Assembly (NCBI GenBank): GCA_029953675.1
Contig: JAMWBK010000007.1
Span: 2,148,800 to 2,212,799, forward strand
Direction: 5' to 3'
From: Rhodosorus marinus CCMP1338
Taxonomy: Eukaryota; Plantae; Rhodophyta
DNA length: 64,000 nt
The number at the start of each line of letters is the position of its first letter. Position 1 is the stretch's first letter. Below, piece by piece: positions 40,037 to 52,733 of this stretch. The notes under the pieces were generated by a model. That model saw only the letters and a program-made list of their open reading frames with translations. It had not been told where the DNA came from and ran no database searches. The position numbers were made by a program, and so were the translations under genes.

Positions 40037-40500
40037 ATTTTGGGCAAGAAACGCAGTGCTTGCAGTTACCGACGACGATCAGTACTTCATCGCCGACTAG
40101 GCCGCAAGCACAAGCTTGCATGAATTCTCTTGTCAATGGTGTTCAGCTTCCGAATAGCAATATTTATCAGTCTATGACCTTTCCTGTGCTGGTCGCGTTC
40201 ACCATTGCAGATGATAACGCCCACCGAATTCACAATGATAGACGCGCGCGTGCGTGGCGTGGACTGGATCTGGACCCGACGGACCCGGCAGAGGAATTGT
40301 GCCGGACGCGGAGTAAGAGAGGAAGTTGGACAAAGCGTTTCGAAATATGTCCTTCTCGTGTCCTGCTAATAAACAGAGAAGACTGTACTGTAGGGCTGCA
40401 TATATCGTCTTTAATTTTTAATTTCTTGATTTGGCTTTGACGCAGCTACAAAGCGTTTCGACGAGTCCGCGGGGTTTAAAGGGTAGCTTGTGTTGGAAAA

Positions 40501-42619
40501 TCACGTTTGTATGTTCAAAATGCTGAACACGTAAGGGTAGAAGTCTTCTTGGGCGATCCCCGGAATGGCTGTAGTTTCCCCTTCCTTTTCGTTTGAACTT
40601 GCCTGCCGAGGGCCGAGTACAAAGTTGGTGAGAAGCGAGGCCTTCAGCAAAGACAGTTAGGTAAGGTCGAGGATCCTATATCCTACCCAATTCCCTCCCA
40701 GATGCCCGTACATCTCCTGCAAAGCGGCTCTAAGCCTCGATTCCGATTTTGCCTGTGGCAAAATCATCGCGACCTCGAAATTCACCTGGAAAGTGCATAG
40801 AGGAAACTGAGCTTAGGCATCCAGACGACAATAGGTTTGCCCAATAAGTTATCCCCGGACTACCAAGTATCCAAATGTGAATGCCGTTGGACTTACAGGA
40901 AGACCATAGCGCAGTACGGACTCCACGAACGATCTTACAGCCTTGAGGTGCATCTGTGCAATAACCGCTTCACCAAAAATAGTTTCGCACCACTTCACGA
41001 AGTTGACATGCTGATCCTCTAGTTCAGTTCGCAGGCGAGCGTATTCCTGGGACAAGTTATAGCACCGCGGCGATGTCGAATACACTAAGCTTCTACATCA
41101 ATGTGGGCCAGAGACTAGAGAAAAGTTTGCAGTCGGGCAACAGAATTGGAAACCAACAGTACCTCCTCAGAAGCTTGAATGTCATCCGCCTTGAACTTGA
41201 AATCTCGAACAGTGAACCTTCTCTCTCTGCAGGCAACCTTGAACTAAATTATGCGCATGCCGAGTCAGGCGAAGCCTTAAGCTGGACAACGATCCAAAAG
41301 CGGATCGAATCAGGTGGGTTCTGTACGCTTACCTCCTCCACGCACTTCTTGAAGAGCGTGACGGATACCAGCGCATAATCGCTGTCACTTGTTAACACCT
41401 TTGCGCTTCTGGGGATCACCATAGTTGCCAATGATTCGTAAGACGACAAGAACTCGTCGAGATTATCTGCGCGGGAGAGCAAGAGGGTGCGTTACACTAG
41501 TCAGTGGCTACTTTTTTTTTTTCTACTTAAGTGCGAAGTCACGGGTAAGGAAACGAAGGCTGTATGTATTCGTACATGACGGAACCACAATGAACACGGT
41601 CTGCATGTGTTCAGTTTCGATGTACTCCTCTTCTTTCACGATCCCTACCAAAGATTTCGTCATCAGGTTGCCTTGGTTTCGACGTTCAATTCCCGCCACT
41701 GCCTGTTTTGTCTGAGTGTAATCGTTCACTAACCAAAGAATGGTAGAATGGGAAGCTTAAGATGCCGGCATATGGATATGCCGCGACTTCCCGCAACATA
41801 TCCAAATTGTGGGGGCTTTAGGCCGTCCACGGGCAGTACTCACGACGAATCTTCAGGTCATCCTCCGTCCGCGCTACAAGTTCCATAACAGCAGATTCAA
41901 TTTCTTCGAGTGTGTCACCGCTGGAGAACTTGGCTTCATCCCTACGGAACGAGACGTTGCTTAAAATATATTCGAACATACAGATAGCCGAGAAGAGCAT
42001 GCACATATCAAAAATGTGTTATCCTACCATTCAAAGTTGTGCAGATACTTTGGCAACTCCACAAACTCTACCAAGGGCACGATATCCTGTGAAGACAGGA
42101 TTGGAGAGCATGTTCAATTTCGGAGGTATCGCAACCACCACAGCGATTATCCAGAATGATAGAATCAAGGCTGTCCACAGAAGAACAAAGGATATATTCA
42201 TTGCTATTAGAGAAGCTGATAATCTCACCGGCTTCTTTGACAGGTCTCGGTACTGACGGAGTAACCTATCCACCACTTGCTCAATTGCATGATCGTGTTT
42301 CGTAAGAGTGTCGCTGAGTGCCATCTGCACGTGCAAAAGGAAATACAAAGTGGACCAGAGAATATGAACGTCAGAATTTGGAGGTATAGCTGTTCTTGAG
42401 ACACCTTTGACAAAGGCAGGCTGCACGATTCAAGGGGTAATGGGGGATTCTGCGAGAAGTCTACCCGCTTACCAGGGAATCTAGTGTACCCACTCGAAAC
42501 GCTGGAATCCGAAAAGGATACACCGAAGCAACCCCCAGCTTGTTCTCAAGTTTTTCCCTCATCATTTCGTAAGCGCCTTGCCCGACTTCGCTCGGGGCAG
42601 AAACTAACCAGTGCTTCAT
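40501..42619 (-). CDS. ATP6V1C: V-type H+-ATPase subunit C, multi-exon
   Basis: MKHWLVSAP...[14 protein letters not shown] | [18 protein letters not shown] | DEAKF | [12 protein letters not shown] | [18 protein letters not shown] | [10 protein letters not shown] | EDFYPYVF. Confidence 0.92.
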
Positions 42620-42756
42620 TGCGGAAAAGTACGCTCGAAAACACCGCCTTCACCTCAACTTAATCTTGATATCGCTTCTCACAACACGGATCCACCCCAC
42701 TTCGCCGTACTTGACGCTCAAGATCTGGTCTCTCACAAATCAGCAAAACAGCGATC

Positions 42757-43023
42757 CAATGTTTCAAGCAATCTCCGTCACCGAATTGAACTTTTCGCGT
42801 TTGCCGGGTTAGCGATTGACCTGGTTTAACGGAAAATCATTGCCGTCCAATATTTCGAGCCTCCGTCACCGAATTGAGCTTTTGGCGTTTGGCGTTTGAG
42901 CGATTGGTCTTGTTTAACGGAAAATCATTACCGTACAATGTTTCAAGCCTCAGTCACCGAATTGAATTTGTGGCGTTTGGCGCCTGAGCGATTGGCCTTG
43001 TTTATCGGAAAAGCATTGTCGTC
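42757..43023. repeat. Degenerate 88-bp tandem repeat, 3 copies
   Basis: GTCACCGAATTG...GCGTTTG...AGCGATTG...TTTAACGGAAAATCATT recurs; GAATTG at 42783, 42871 and 42959. Confidence 0.9.
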
Positions 43024-44627
43024 TTACAGCTTGCTTCTATCACATATAGAACAAATCGTTCTCAGTTTGCAGCGAGGGCCGGGGCGGGGGAATTCTTGGT
43101 TAAGATCTGTCTGAGTCTAGTATGAGCTCTGAAAGCTCGAGACATGGAAACCTTGACGACAGGTGAAACACCGACCTCACGGGTGGATGATCAATCACGA
43201 TTGCCCGTCCCCATAGCGCAAGGTAAATACCGTATGTAGGTTGAGGCGTAATGAGTTGGAACCGCCGGGTCTTGAATAAAATTATTGAAAAACATTGTCT
43301 TGAGTAGAGTGGTCAACGGTTTTGTATTAGTGCTGGATCGGTGTCAATGGACGGTTTGCCACCTCCGATCTGACTACTCTTTCTTAGCGTAAGTGCGCAT
43401 TCTAATGCTGGTCAACCTTTAGGGCGGTTGGGGAGTGCTCGATGTTTTGTTCACCGGGATTGCTGCGAATTGCGTTCGTCACATTGCAATCAGTCATTTT
43501 GAACTACAGACTAGTAAGAGCAAACGCAAAACGGCTTACAGAATGGAGGTCGCGGTGGTAGGATGATATCAAGCGAATTTCAAGAGATCAAGGACCGCGG
43601 TGCTGTTTGCCGTCAGATCACGCCCGGAATGCCTCAATGATCAGTATCTGTAGATTCTGCAATCAGAAGATTTTTACTTCTGCAACTGTCGAGACTTGAC
43701 TAAACTGCTTCTATTCACTGCGGGATGCATGTTGACTTTGTTTTGTGTGTCGACTGGTATCTCCTGAGCCGAATCCCTTAAAATCTAGAAACTCATCATT
43801 GGACAGTACCAATACCAGATCGTCTCTATTGGTCGAAGTGATTGCGGTAGAGATCCCCAGACTCACCGCATCAGCCGGGCAACTAGTTCGGGGGGGAGGG
43901 ACCGGGTCGTAATGCTCGTTTCCGAAAAATGCGCTCAATCGCCGTAGCATGGGCTACTTTCCAAGAACCCAAGAGTGCCCAAGAAACATCAGCCGGTCTG
44001 AAAGCTCGTCTGTGAAGTACAGATCACTTCTCCAGTCCCCGGGGCTGGTCTATTAGTATTATGAGTGCGTCTCCAGACTAGGTGCTGAAAGTGTTCTAAA
44101 AGCTAAAAAACGCAAGAAACGCGATCGAAAGCTGATGTTCTTGGCATATTGGCTTCATTTAGAAGGGGTGGACGGACTCGTTGCTTGGAGGTTGGATCGG
44201 AGAAGGTAAGACAATCAGTCCTGGCGACGGAAAACTGTTAGTTAGTGGATCTTTGAAGGGCTTGAAAGGGCGATTTCGAAGGAGTGTACATGGTCATAAA
44301 CTATCAGCAGCTTTGGACGTGGCAAGCTTTTGAAACCGGAGAGTGGGGATTGTTTAGGCGACGTTCACCTCTGCGTGATCCTCGTGACTTTCGTTCATGG
44401 CGAGCGTGATTTCCGGGAGATTGCAAACGGCTAGATTGCTCGGGTCTGTTAGACGTTCATTTGCGCACACGGAGATCCTCAACAAATGGGGATCAACTTA
44501 TTGTGGCAATGCATGCGGCGGAGGACGTCAGTAAGTGGAAAACGGATCTCTCATTAAGCTGAAGGTTGAGAGCTTCTTTCATGGGGCACTTGAGACAGCT
44601 AACGATACGGGTCTATCCTTTTTCGTA

Positions 44628-46956
44628 GTGGCAGCCGCTGGCTGTCATCGGCGAAGCCATCATTCACAGTTGTTGAAATGCCAAAGCTTTCTCCAACGAT
44701 GGAAACTGGAAACATTGTGTCCTGGATGAAAAAGGAGGGAGAACATATTGCCGAGGGAGATGCGATTGCGGAGATTGAAACGGACAAGGCGACGCTTACC
44801 ATGGATGCACAGGACGAGTGCTACATGGCAAAGGTACAAAAGAGAACATTCGTGCGCTGCCCTAGTTCTGGATGCAAGATTCCTGATCCTGACCTTGTAA
44901 ACGCAGCATCCATAAGTGAGGGAATTGTCGTCAACTGAAACGGTTCTTCTTTGCCCTGAAAAAAAGATTCTTGTAGCTGAAGGAACCACCGATATTGAAA
45001 TCGGCAGACCTATTGCCGTGTCCGTGGAGGAAGCGAAGGATGTTGAGGCGGTAGCTGCCATGGAGGATTCTCTGTTCGGCGGTGCCATCCAGGAAGTAAC
45101 CCCAGTTATGACGGTAACCGAAGCGATTTCAGAGCAATCCACACCCCCATCAGAGCCTCCACATTCTGCGAGCTATCCTGAGCACACGGTACTGGAGATG
45201 CCCAAACTTTCCCCAACAATGGAGACTGGTGTTATCTCGGAGTGGACAAAAGCGGAAGGTGACGAGATCAAGAGTGGGGACGTTATCGCGTCAGTAGAGA
45301 CGGATAAGGCGACGATTGATTTCGAGGTGCATGAGGACGGATATCTGGCCAAGGTTCGTGCTCTCCGACGGGGACTCTGCTTTCTTCTGTTGGTCACGTA
45401 CTTTACGATCGGCCACAGAGGATGGCGCGAATCGAGCTAGAACATGAAGGATTGTCACCTGCTTCTTGTGACTGACTACTCTTCGTGGACCCCAGATCCT
45501 AGTGGAGGCTGGCAAGCCAGACATTGCAATCGGACAACCAGTAGCAATAATGACTGAGACTCCAGTTGAGACAGCCGTGTTCGAGGGATATCAAAAAGAG
45601 GGTGTGCAGGCCGTTGAACAGGTGACCGAGCAAGCTCCATCAGCAATACCCGCAATTGAGGAACAATCCGCATCTGCCACCGTAGCTCCTCCAACAAAAG
45701 CAGAGGTGGAGACAGTGAAGGCACCTTCATCGATAACCCCCGCCTGGGAAGGCTCGTATGAGGATATTGAGTTGACAAAATACAGAAGGGTGCGCGTTTT
45801 TGTTTGATCGATCAGGGTCCTTGTTCCAATGAACTGGTCTGAAGCCTTTGTCCTTTTGAACATCGCCATTAGATCACTGGAGCGAGGCTCGTGGAGTCCA
45901 AGCTGAGCATCCCCCACTACTACCTTTCGGTTACGTGTTGCGTTGATCAGATGAGCGAAATGAGGGCCAGAATCAATGACAATCGCAAGGATGGAGAGCC
46001 AAAGGTCAGCGTCAACGACTTTGTTCTCAAGGCATGTGCCGTGGCCTTAAGAAAGGTGAGAAATTCATGTTCTAGTGCCCAAAAGTTTTTCCTCATGAGC
46101 CATAGGGCGGAGCCGCGAGCGTTGAAAGCGCTCGTTGCCTGTGGTGCGGGCTCTTCTAGCTCGCTCTCTATACCCTTTTTAGGCCCTCCGTTAGCAAGCG
46201 CTTTCTGCTCATGTTTCTCAAGTGATCAATGACTTCAGGTACCGGAGGTGAACTCGCAATGGGCTGGTGAGAGCATTCGTCAAATGCACGCTGTAGATTT
46301 ATCGGTTGCTGTACAGACTGGTGAGTGAGCTGGTGTCGCAAAACATCCCATTCAACCAATGCTCCTTGCATTTTTGAGTTGAATTCCCGCGCTGAAGGTG
46401 CTGCTGTCTGGCCTACCCTCGTGCTCTGTACTGTTGCGATGAACGCTTGCGTGTGCCTCAAAAAAACAAGAGCGAGGATTGATCACACCGATAGTACCGG
46501 ATGCGGACCGGAAGACGTTGAAAGAAATGAGCGCCAAAGTTCGCGAACTAGCTCAAAAAGCGAAGGAAAACACCTTGCTCCCAGCGGAATTCATGGGCGG
46601 TACATTCACGGTAAGATCGGACCCAAAAAATCGGGAAACACGTGTCGGCAATTAGCTGGTTTCCGGTTGTTTGCTCATTGGTGGGCATAAATCGCTGCTG
46701 TTCTTCACAGGTCAGCAACTTGGGCATGTTTGGCGTTGATGAGTTCTCCGCTGTCATAAATCCACCTCAATCCGCAATTTTGGCTGTTGGTACGGGCCAC
46801 CAAAAGGTTGTTCCCAACGGCGAAGGCGGGTTTACCAACAGCCAGTTCATGACTGTAACCTTGAGTTGTGACCATCGCGTAGTTGACGGCGCTCTTGGAA
46901 GTCGCTGGCTAGCCTGCTTCCAGGAGAATATTGAAGATCCAATCAATATGCTGTGA
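44628..46956 (+). CDS. DLAT: Dihydrolipoamide acetyltransferase (PDH E2) with two lipoyl domains, multi-exon; presequence exon upstream not resolved
   Basis: [11 protein letters not shown]...IETDKATL and [11 protein letters not shown]...VETDKATI; [11 protein letters not shown]; [14 protein letters not shown]; GGTFT | SNLGMFG...[12 protein letters not shown]; [14 protein letters not shown]. Confidence 0.92.
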
Positions 46957-48120
46957 TATGTAAATTGCTAGTGAGTGTAGCGGACAAAGCTCAGGTCGAC
47001 ACACCCATAGCTACAGATCAAGTCGAGGATTCTTTGAAGCAATGAAGCAAAAACCTGAAACTTGTTCACTGTCATAATGCTGTGAGATCAGGAAAACACG
47101 ACAGAGCTGGCATTGCCAGCACGGCTACAACATTGCAACCTCTGTAGCAAGCACGTGCCCAGCTCGAGCATAGATTACACGTTGGTCGGTTCTGACCGAG
47201 CTTCTTGCCCGCGTGAGTCATTGAGGCAGCACATCACGTAGTCTTCCACGAGAGTACCTGAACACGAGGTGAATACGGACCTTAAGATTCAGCCCATCCT
47301 CACGGGCCGAAATCGTTTCGCGATGAGCAGCATACGGAAACTCATAAATTACTTACATGTAGAAATGAGCAGTTCGAAGTTAAAATCTGGGGCGACACTT
47401 CCGATAGTCAAAACAATCTCAGGCCCGGGCGGTGAATGCTTTCCTACGAATGAGAACACACAATTAGTCCCCTCCTACATTCCATATGTGCTTGCTAAAT
47501 CCAATCTGTGTGACAATTACCATTGCGGATTGACCCGGATACCACCGACAATCTGTGTAACTCTTCATGGTTAACGTGGCTGAGAACCCTTTTTTGGCTC
47601 ATCTTGCAATGGCGAGAAGTTCCGCTTGAATCCCTGCTATGCACGAAACTGCGGTAGTCTGCAATGTTCTTCTCTTTTCAAGAGACTCTCAGGAAGGTCC
47701 CTCCGCAGGCGACACAGGGTTGGAACGTTTGCTCAATTCGAGAAGCCGGGGCAAAACTTTTAACAACATGAGCACCCCACCGACCCCCCTGCGTATGTAG
47801 GGAATACCTTGGGCAAAAGGGCAGAGAGAAACGAACCATGTAACTTGTCTCACCCAAGGCATCGTTGAATCTACTCGGAGCAAGCGACACTTCCCCATGC
47901 TTTGCGGAGGCCAACCAGGCCTAGGTGCATGTACATTTTTATTGAGAAACTAACAACCTCGGCTGGGTGTGCTACGATAGGGAACGGGGAGTCAACGACA
48001 GGTGACAGTGTACTTCTCAGTTCAACTCGAAGCCTACTTGAAACCACCATTTTCATCGGCTTGCTTTTCCAAGACCGTTTACAAATATTGATCGGCTGAC
48101 GTCGGGAGTTGATTTCGTCT

Positions 48121-48257
48121 AGTGGGTGGTTTTACGTCCGGGGTTACGTGCGGGAGCCGGGGTTGAGCCTGATCATTTCCATAGACAGTGATAGGATTAG
48201 TGTTGCGCTGCAGTAGGCAGCTGCCCAGTAAAGGATACAGTTACGTTAGTCTGGGGT
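48121..48257 (+). other. Proximal border of the subtelomere: variant telomere repeats, CAGTAAAG motif and one perfect telomere unit (possible mini-element)
   Basis: GGGGTTACGT at 48141, CCGGGGTT at 48158, CAGTAAAG at 48226-48233, GTTACGTTAGTCTGGGGT at 48240-48257. Confidence 0.65.
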
Positions 48258-51070
48258 GTCGGGACCAGCAGCACACGGCCAACGTACGCTCAGCGCACTG
48301 TCGAAAATACTCCAGCTCGAGCATCAGAGGCTCAACTGCGACCAGCAGGACGCCCAGGCCCACAGACCCAGCAGGCAGCACTGCGACAGCTGCACGCCAC
48401 AGTGGGAAGGTCCTCCTGGGGACCTGAGACCAAACCGGTACTGGCGACCCTGAGGAATGTAAGACCGCCACGGCTGGACGAGGTAGCCCCATCGGACTTC
48501 ACCACGGTTCTTCGCAGAGCCTTGGGGATTCCGAGCTCTTATGTGGCGCACGTGGACTTCATCGCTTCCCACGCGTGCTTACTATGCCCTCCGGACGCGA
48601 TTCCGATTCCACAAAGCGCCATCTCTCGGGGCGTTTTCAGGACGGGGATTTTCGGATCGTTCACCCAGAGACACCCCGATCGGCAAGTGACTCTCTACAC
48701 GGGACAGGCACTGGATACAGACAACCTGTTGGGCTATAATGAACGTCAGCACATTGCCCCAGCGAACATCGGGGCCCAGACCCTGAAAAGAGCCATTGAC
48801 CAGACTATCCGGATCCGCGCGAGGCTTCGCAGAAGGCAACTCTCGTTCAACACTCTCGCAGCGATACACGAGTACCTGGAGAGCAGACTCGGAGACCTAC
48901 AAGCCAGACAACGTACTCCAACGGTACAAGGGGAGAGCGCGGAACCCCCAGCGCCTGCAGCCACCACGAACGCAGACCCTGAAGCCTCGTCCGTTACAGG
49001 GGACGCACAGGCAGCCCGTGGGACAGTCGACGCTCCGGATATTCCCCTAGCGACTTCCCAAGTACCTGAAGAGGATGCACCCGAGGATAACCCTCATGCA
49101 GGCTCCCCTGCAACCTGCCCGAGCCTCCTCAACACAAGCGGTCGCGAGTATCCACTGATGGCACAGGCCAGGATACCGAGATGACTCCGGCAGGCGTCGA
49201 GGCTCCACAGGGCAACACTGCACCCCAGGCCGACCACACTGCCACCCATCACGCGATGGACACACAGGACAGCCAGGAAACACCTACGCAATAATGCCCA
49301 GCCGACAAAGGGGAATCACAAGAAGACGCGACGAGCCTCTGTTCTTCTCGGATCGTCAAGCCTGGGTTAAACGGTGGACCGACTTCGCTGACCAAGTTAC
49401 AACAGGAGGCAGGCATTGGACGCGCCTAACACACTGCCCGGTACCCACACGGCGCTTTGTGCCCCGTGCCCACGTCAATACCTGGAGCCGCCTTCTTCAT
49501 GCAGCTCTTGAGATTTCCATGGACACAGCCGCACCCGCCAACGCTAGCCTACTTCTTGTCGGACTTCCAGGCCTGGTGCTAGGACGTTGTGCACTTGACA
49601 TCGGTATTCAGGTCACACATGTGCTCGAAGGAGAATTCCATACGGTGTGGACCGCGCTTGAAGACAGGGCGTCCCTACTGCAGCAGAATACTGCCACACC
49701 GGGAACCGAAGCGACTCGCCGCCAAGCTTTAGGACGCCAGAAACAAGCCCTGAAACTGGCACACCTCGGTGCCTCTCGGACGCTGCTCGTCGACTGCAGG
49801 CAACGGAAATGGCTCCCCTCACCCAGACTACCTGGCGCCAACTCCAAGGACTCTTCCCAGAACCTGCGGCAGGTAACTTACCAGACGAGGTGGCCGAGGC
49901 CCTGGAATCACTGCGCAACACTGACGATACGACTCTTCAGAGCCGATGGGATTCCACAAAAGCCGCTGATGAGGGTCTCCTGTCGATTGTGGCACGTCTT
50001 CCGCAGGGCAAGAGCCCAGGCCCCAGTGGAATGAGCGCGGAACATCTCCAAGGCGCCAATCAACAGACGCAAGTGGCTTTGATCCGCGTACTGCGACAAC
50101 TAGCGACAGCTCCGGAGAATTTTCCTTCTCCGCTGACGCGTGCCCTGCGTAGCAGCAGACTACTACCATTCGCGAAGCCACCGAAGGAATCGGCTCCACA
50201 GGAAAACCCAGGCGTTCGGCCCATCGGCGTCCCTGAAGTTCTGCGAAAAGTGGCGACTCAATGGACCCTTCGCGCGGTGATCGACAGGGTGCGCACGCTC
50301 CTGGTGCCATAACAACTAGGAATCGGAGTCAGTGGCGGATGCGAACGCTCACTTCACGCGATCCAGGCCCATCTGTCATGTGAACCAGACGCGGTGGTGC
50401 TTAGGCTTGACCTCGAGAATGCATTCAACAGGATTGATCAACGCCTCGCCAAGAAACTCGTGGACCAGCACTTTCCGGAGCTTGCGGTGGTCTACAGACT
50501 TGGGTACGGAAGCGACGCAGCGGACTCGCCGACGCTTTGCGGCTGGCGCTCTGCACCTGGAGAGAACCAAACGGAACACTCACGACTGACGCTCCAAGCA
50601 GCTACGGGAGTACAACAGGGAGACCCTCTTGGGCCGGTGCTACATGCACTAGCACTCGCACCGTTCCTAAAAGCTCTGCGAACAAAGTTCTCTGATCTAA
50701 CGATTGTCGCTATCCATGACCATATTACGATCGTGGGACCCCTGCAGGAACTGAAGCAAGCACTAGCCTGGAGCCGAACCATGCTCCCATCTCTTGGGGC
50801 CCGCCTACAACTCAACAAATGCACGCTATACGGCCGAGCCTTGACGACGGCGCGAGTCATCAATCGCGAGATACCTGACATACAAGTTACCCGAGAAGGC
50901 GTCACTATCCATTCGATCCCGATAGGAAACCGGGAATATATCGAGCACGAGTGCCGTGCGCTTCAAAATAAGCACGAAAAGGTCATCAAGGAAATCGCCC
51001 AGCTACCGCAACATGAACTTAACGCACAGGTCGCATTGTTCAGGTACTGAGCTGAAACGCGGCTAGATTA
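48258..51070 (+). mobile_element. CRE-like non-LTR retrotransposon, lineage A/C, copy A (frameshifted, 3'-truncated)
   Basis: PGPSGMSAEHL, LRSSRLLPFAK, VRPIGVPEVLRKV, LRLDLENAFNRI, GVQQGDPLGP, AIHDHITIVGP. Begins directly after a telomere unit and is cut at RY*AETRLD by element B. Confidence 0.88.
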
Positions 51071-51217
51071 TGTTTCTTTTTCGGTCGCGAGCGTGTTCGT
51101 TTACGGGAAGCGCTTCCTCTGGTACGCCTTCCCCTCGATTTTCCGCGGGGCGTCGTTTGTATTTGCAACCACTTCCGTCTTCCGGGTGGGTGTGTTGCGG
51201 GGCCTTTCCTATTTGGG

Positions 51218-52702
51218 TTGGGTTTGGTCGATTATTCTCTCGGTGCGGTTTCATATTGGTGGTGCAACGTTTCCTTTGCGCATTCCCTCAGGATGGTAGC
51301 GATATCTCCGCGCTCGACGGAGCCTCATCCCAAGGAGGCACTGCCAGGTGGGGGACTCCGTGTTCGCCTCAGCTGCGGCACGTTTTCTTCCGAGGTTGAC
51401 TTGGAAGGCGCTTCTGGCACCCAGGCGCGTGCACTTATCTCCGCTGTCTCCAGCCTGATCACGGCTGCGAGTGATCGTGGAGTGCTCCCTCAGCTCACCA
51501 AGAAGCTAGGTGGGCTGGAATCGGGATTGCTGGCCAGGTCAAATTCAAATTCGGACGAGAATTTGAATTGCCCCAGAGTGGCAGGATTGGCTGAAGGCAG
51601 TCAACATCAGGTCAATCAACATGAACCTGTCCCGGGACAGGCGAGGGCGGTTGCTTCTGCGCGGGACAGTACGACGTTGGGGAGCGTCAGGCCGGGCCAA
51701 AACGCGCTTCAGCGCTCGGGGACTCGAGGCAATGGTGGTGGTGACTGTGCGGCAACCGGTGTGGAGGAGACTGCAGCTGTGGACTTCCCTCTCTTGGACC
51801 AGCCCTCAGGTGGTCACCAGCTCCCGGCTACTTCGGGGGCACGTGGTGGCCGCAAGGGGGGTGCTTCGTACGCATCAGTCTTGCGGAAGGGCACCACTGC
51901 CACACGTACGGCGGCTATGCTCCGTTTCATACCATCTCGCGAGCCTCAGGATGGACCTGTGGAGACCACTCTCCAATTTCTGTGGGTGCGAAATGTCCGG
52001 CCCCAGACTACACGAGGACAGGTTCCGTCTATGCGAGACTTCCGGGACACTTTTGCGGAATCGTTAGGGTGCAGCCGGGGTGATTTCTTCTTCGCAAACT
52101 ATGAGGGCCGCGATGTGCTGTTTTTGGTCTCCGCAACCGCCGCCAAGTACCTGGAGGCCTTGCTGGCGAAGCCTACCGAGCAGTGGCCTGAGAGCGCCCG
52201 GTGGCTGCGCTGCAACCCGCAGGTGGTTTTGCACTTGGATTTTGACCGTTTCTCGGGCAATTTCCTGTCTCCGGGAGAAACGGCAGGGCTCTCTGAGCAT
52301 GAGAGCAGCGTGAAGGCGGCAGCGATCCATTGGCTACGGATTCAGCGCCTTGAGAGGATCTTGTTGGAGCGGTTCCGGTCGGGCCCTCGTCACCTGCGCA
52401 TGGCGGTTTCCAGTTTCTTCGATCTGGAGAGGCGACTTGTGCTGACTTCGCGCTACAAGACAGAGCTGCAGCGGGTGGGGATTTTGGAGGGCTCTGCTTC
52501 CAGCACTACTTCCAGCGAGAGTGGTGAGGAAGGGGAGCAGACTGAGGGCATGGCGGTGGAGGACGCCCAGGTTACTTTGCTGAAGCCCGCGGGATCCGTT
52601 CCGCGAGCCTCGCGGAGTGGGCGGCTCACGACTTTGGTGCGGATAGGAGGTAAGAGAGCGAGGACCGACTCCCCCGGGTCTAAGGGGGAGAAGCACGATT
52701 AG
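51218..52702 (+). CDS. Element B ORF1 (494 aa), function unknown
   Basis: Uninterrupted ORF; a partial homologous copy lies at 59244-60390; contains a SYASVLRK motif and a basic C-terminus; true start uncertain. Confidence 0.65.
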   Translation: MGLVDYSLGAVSYWWCNVSFAHSLRMVAISPRSTEPHPKEALPGGGLRVRLSCGTFSSEVDLEGASGTQARALISAVSSLITAASDRGVLPQLTKKLGGLESGLLARSNSNSDENLNCPRVAGLAEGSQHQVNQHEPVPGQARAVASARDSTTLGSVRPGQNALQRSGTRGNGGGDCAATGVEETAAVDFPLLDQPSGGHQLPATSGARGGRKGGASYASVLRKGTTATRTAAMLRFIPSREPQDGPVETTLQFLWVRNVRPQTTRGQVPSMRDFRDTFAESLGCSRGDFFFANYEGRDVLFLVSATAAKYLEALLAKPTEQWPESARWLRCNPQVVLHLDFDRFSGNFLSPGETAGLSEHESSVKAAAIHWLRIQRLERILLERFRSGPRHLRMAVSSFFDLERRLVLTSRYKTELQRVGILEGSASSTTSSESGEEGEQTEGMAVEDAQVTLLKPAGSVPRASRSGRLTTLVRIGGKRARTDSPGSKGEKHD

Positions 52703-52733
52703 CGCTCCAGGCACGGCTGCGAGGTCGCAGCCT

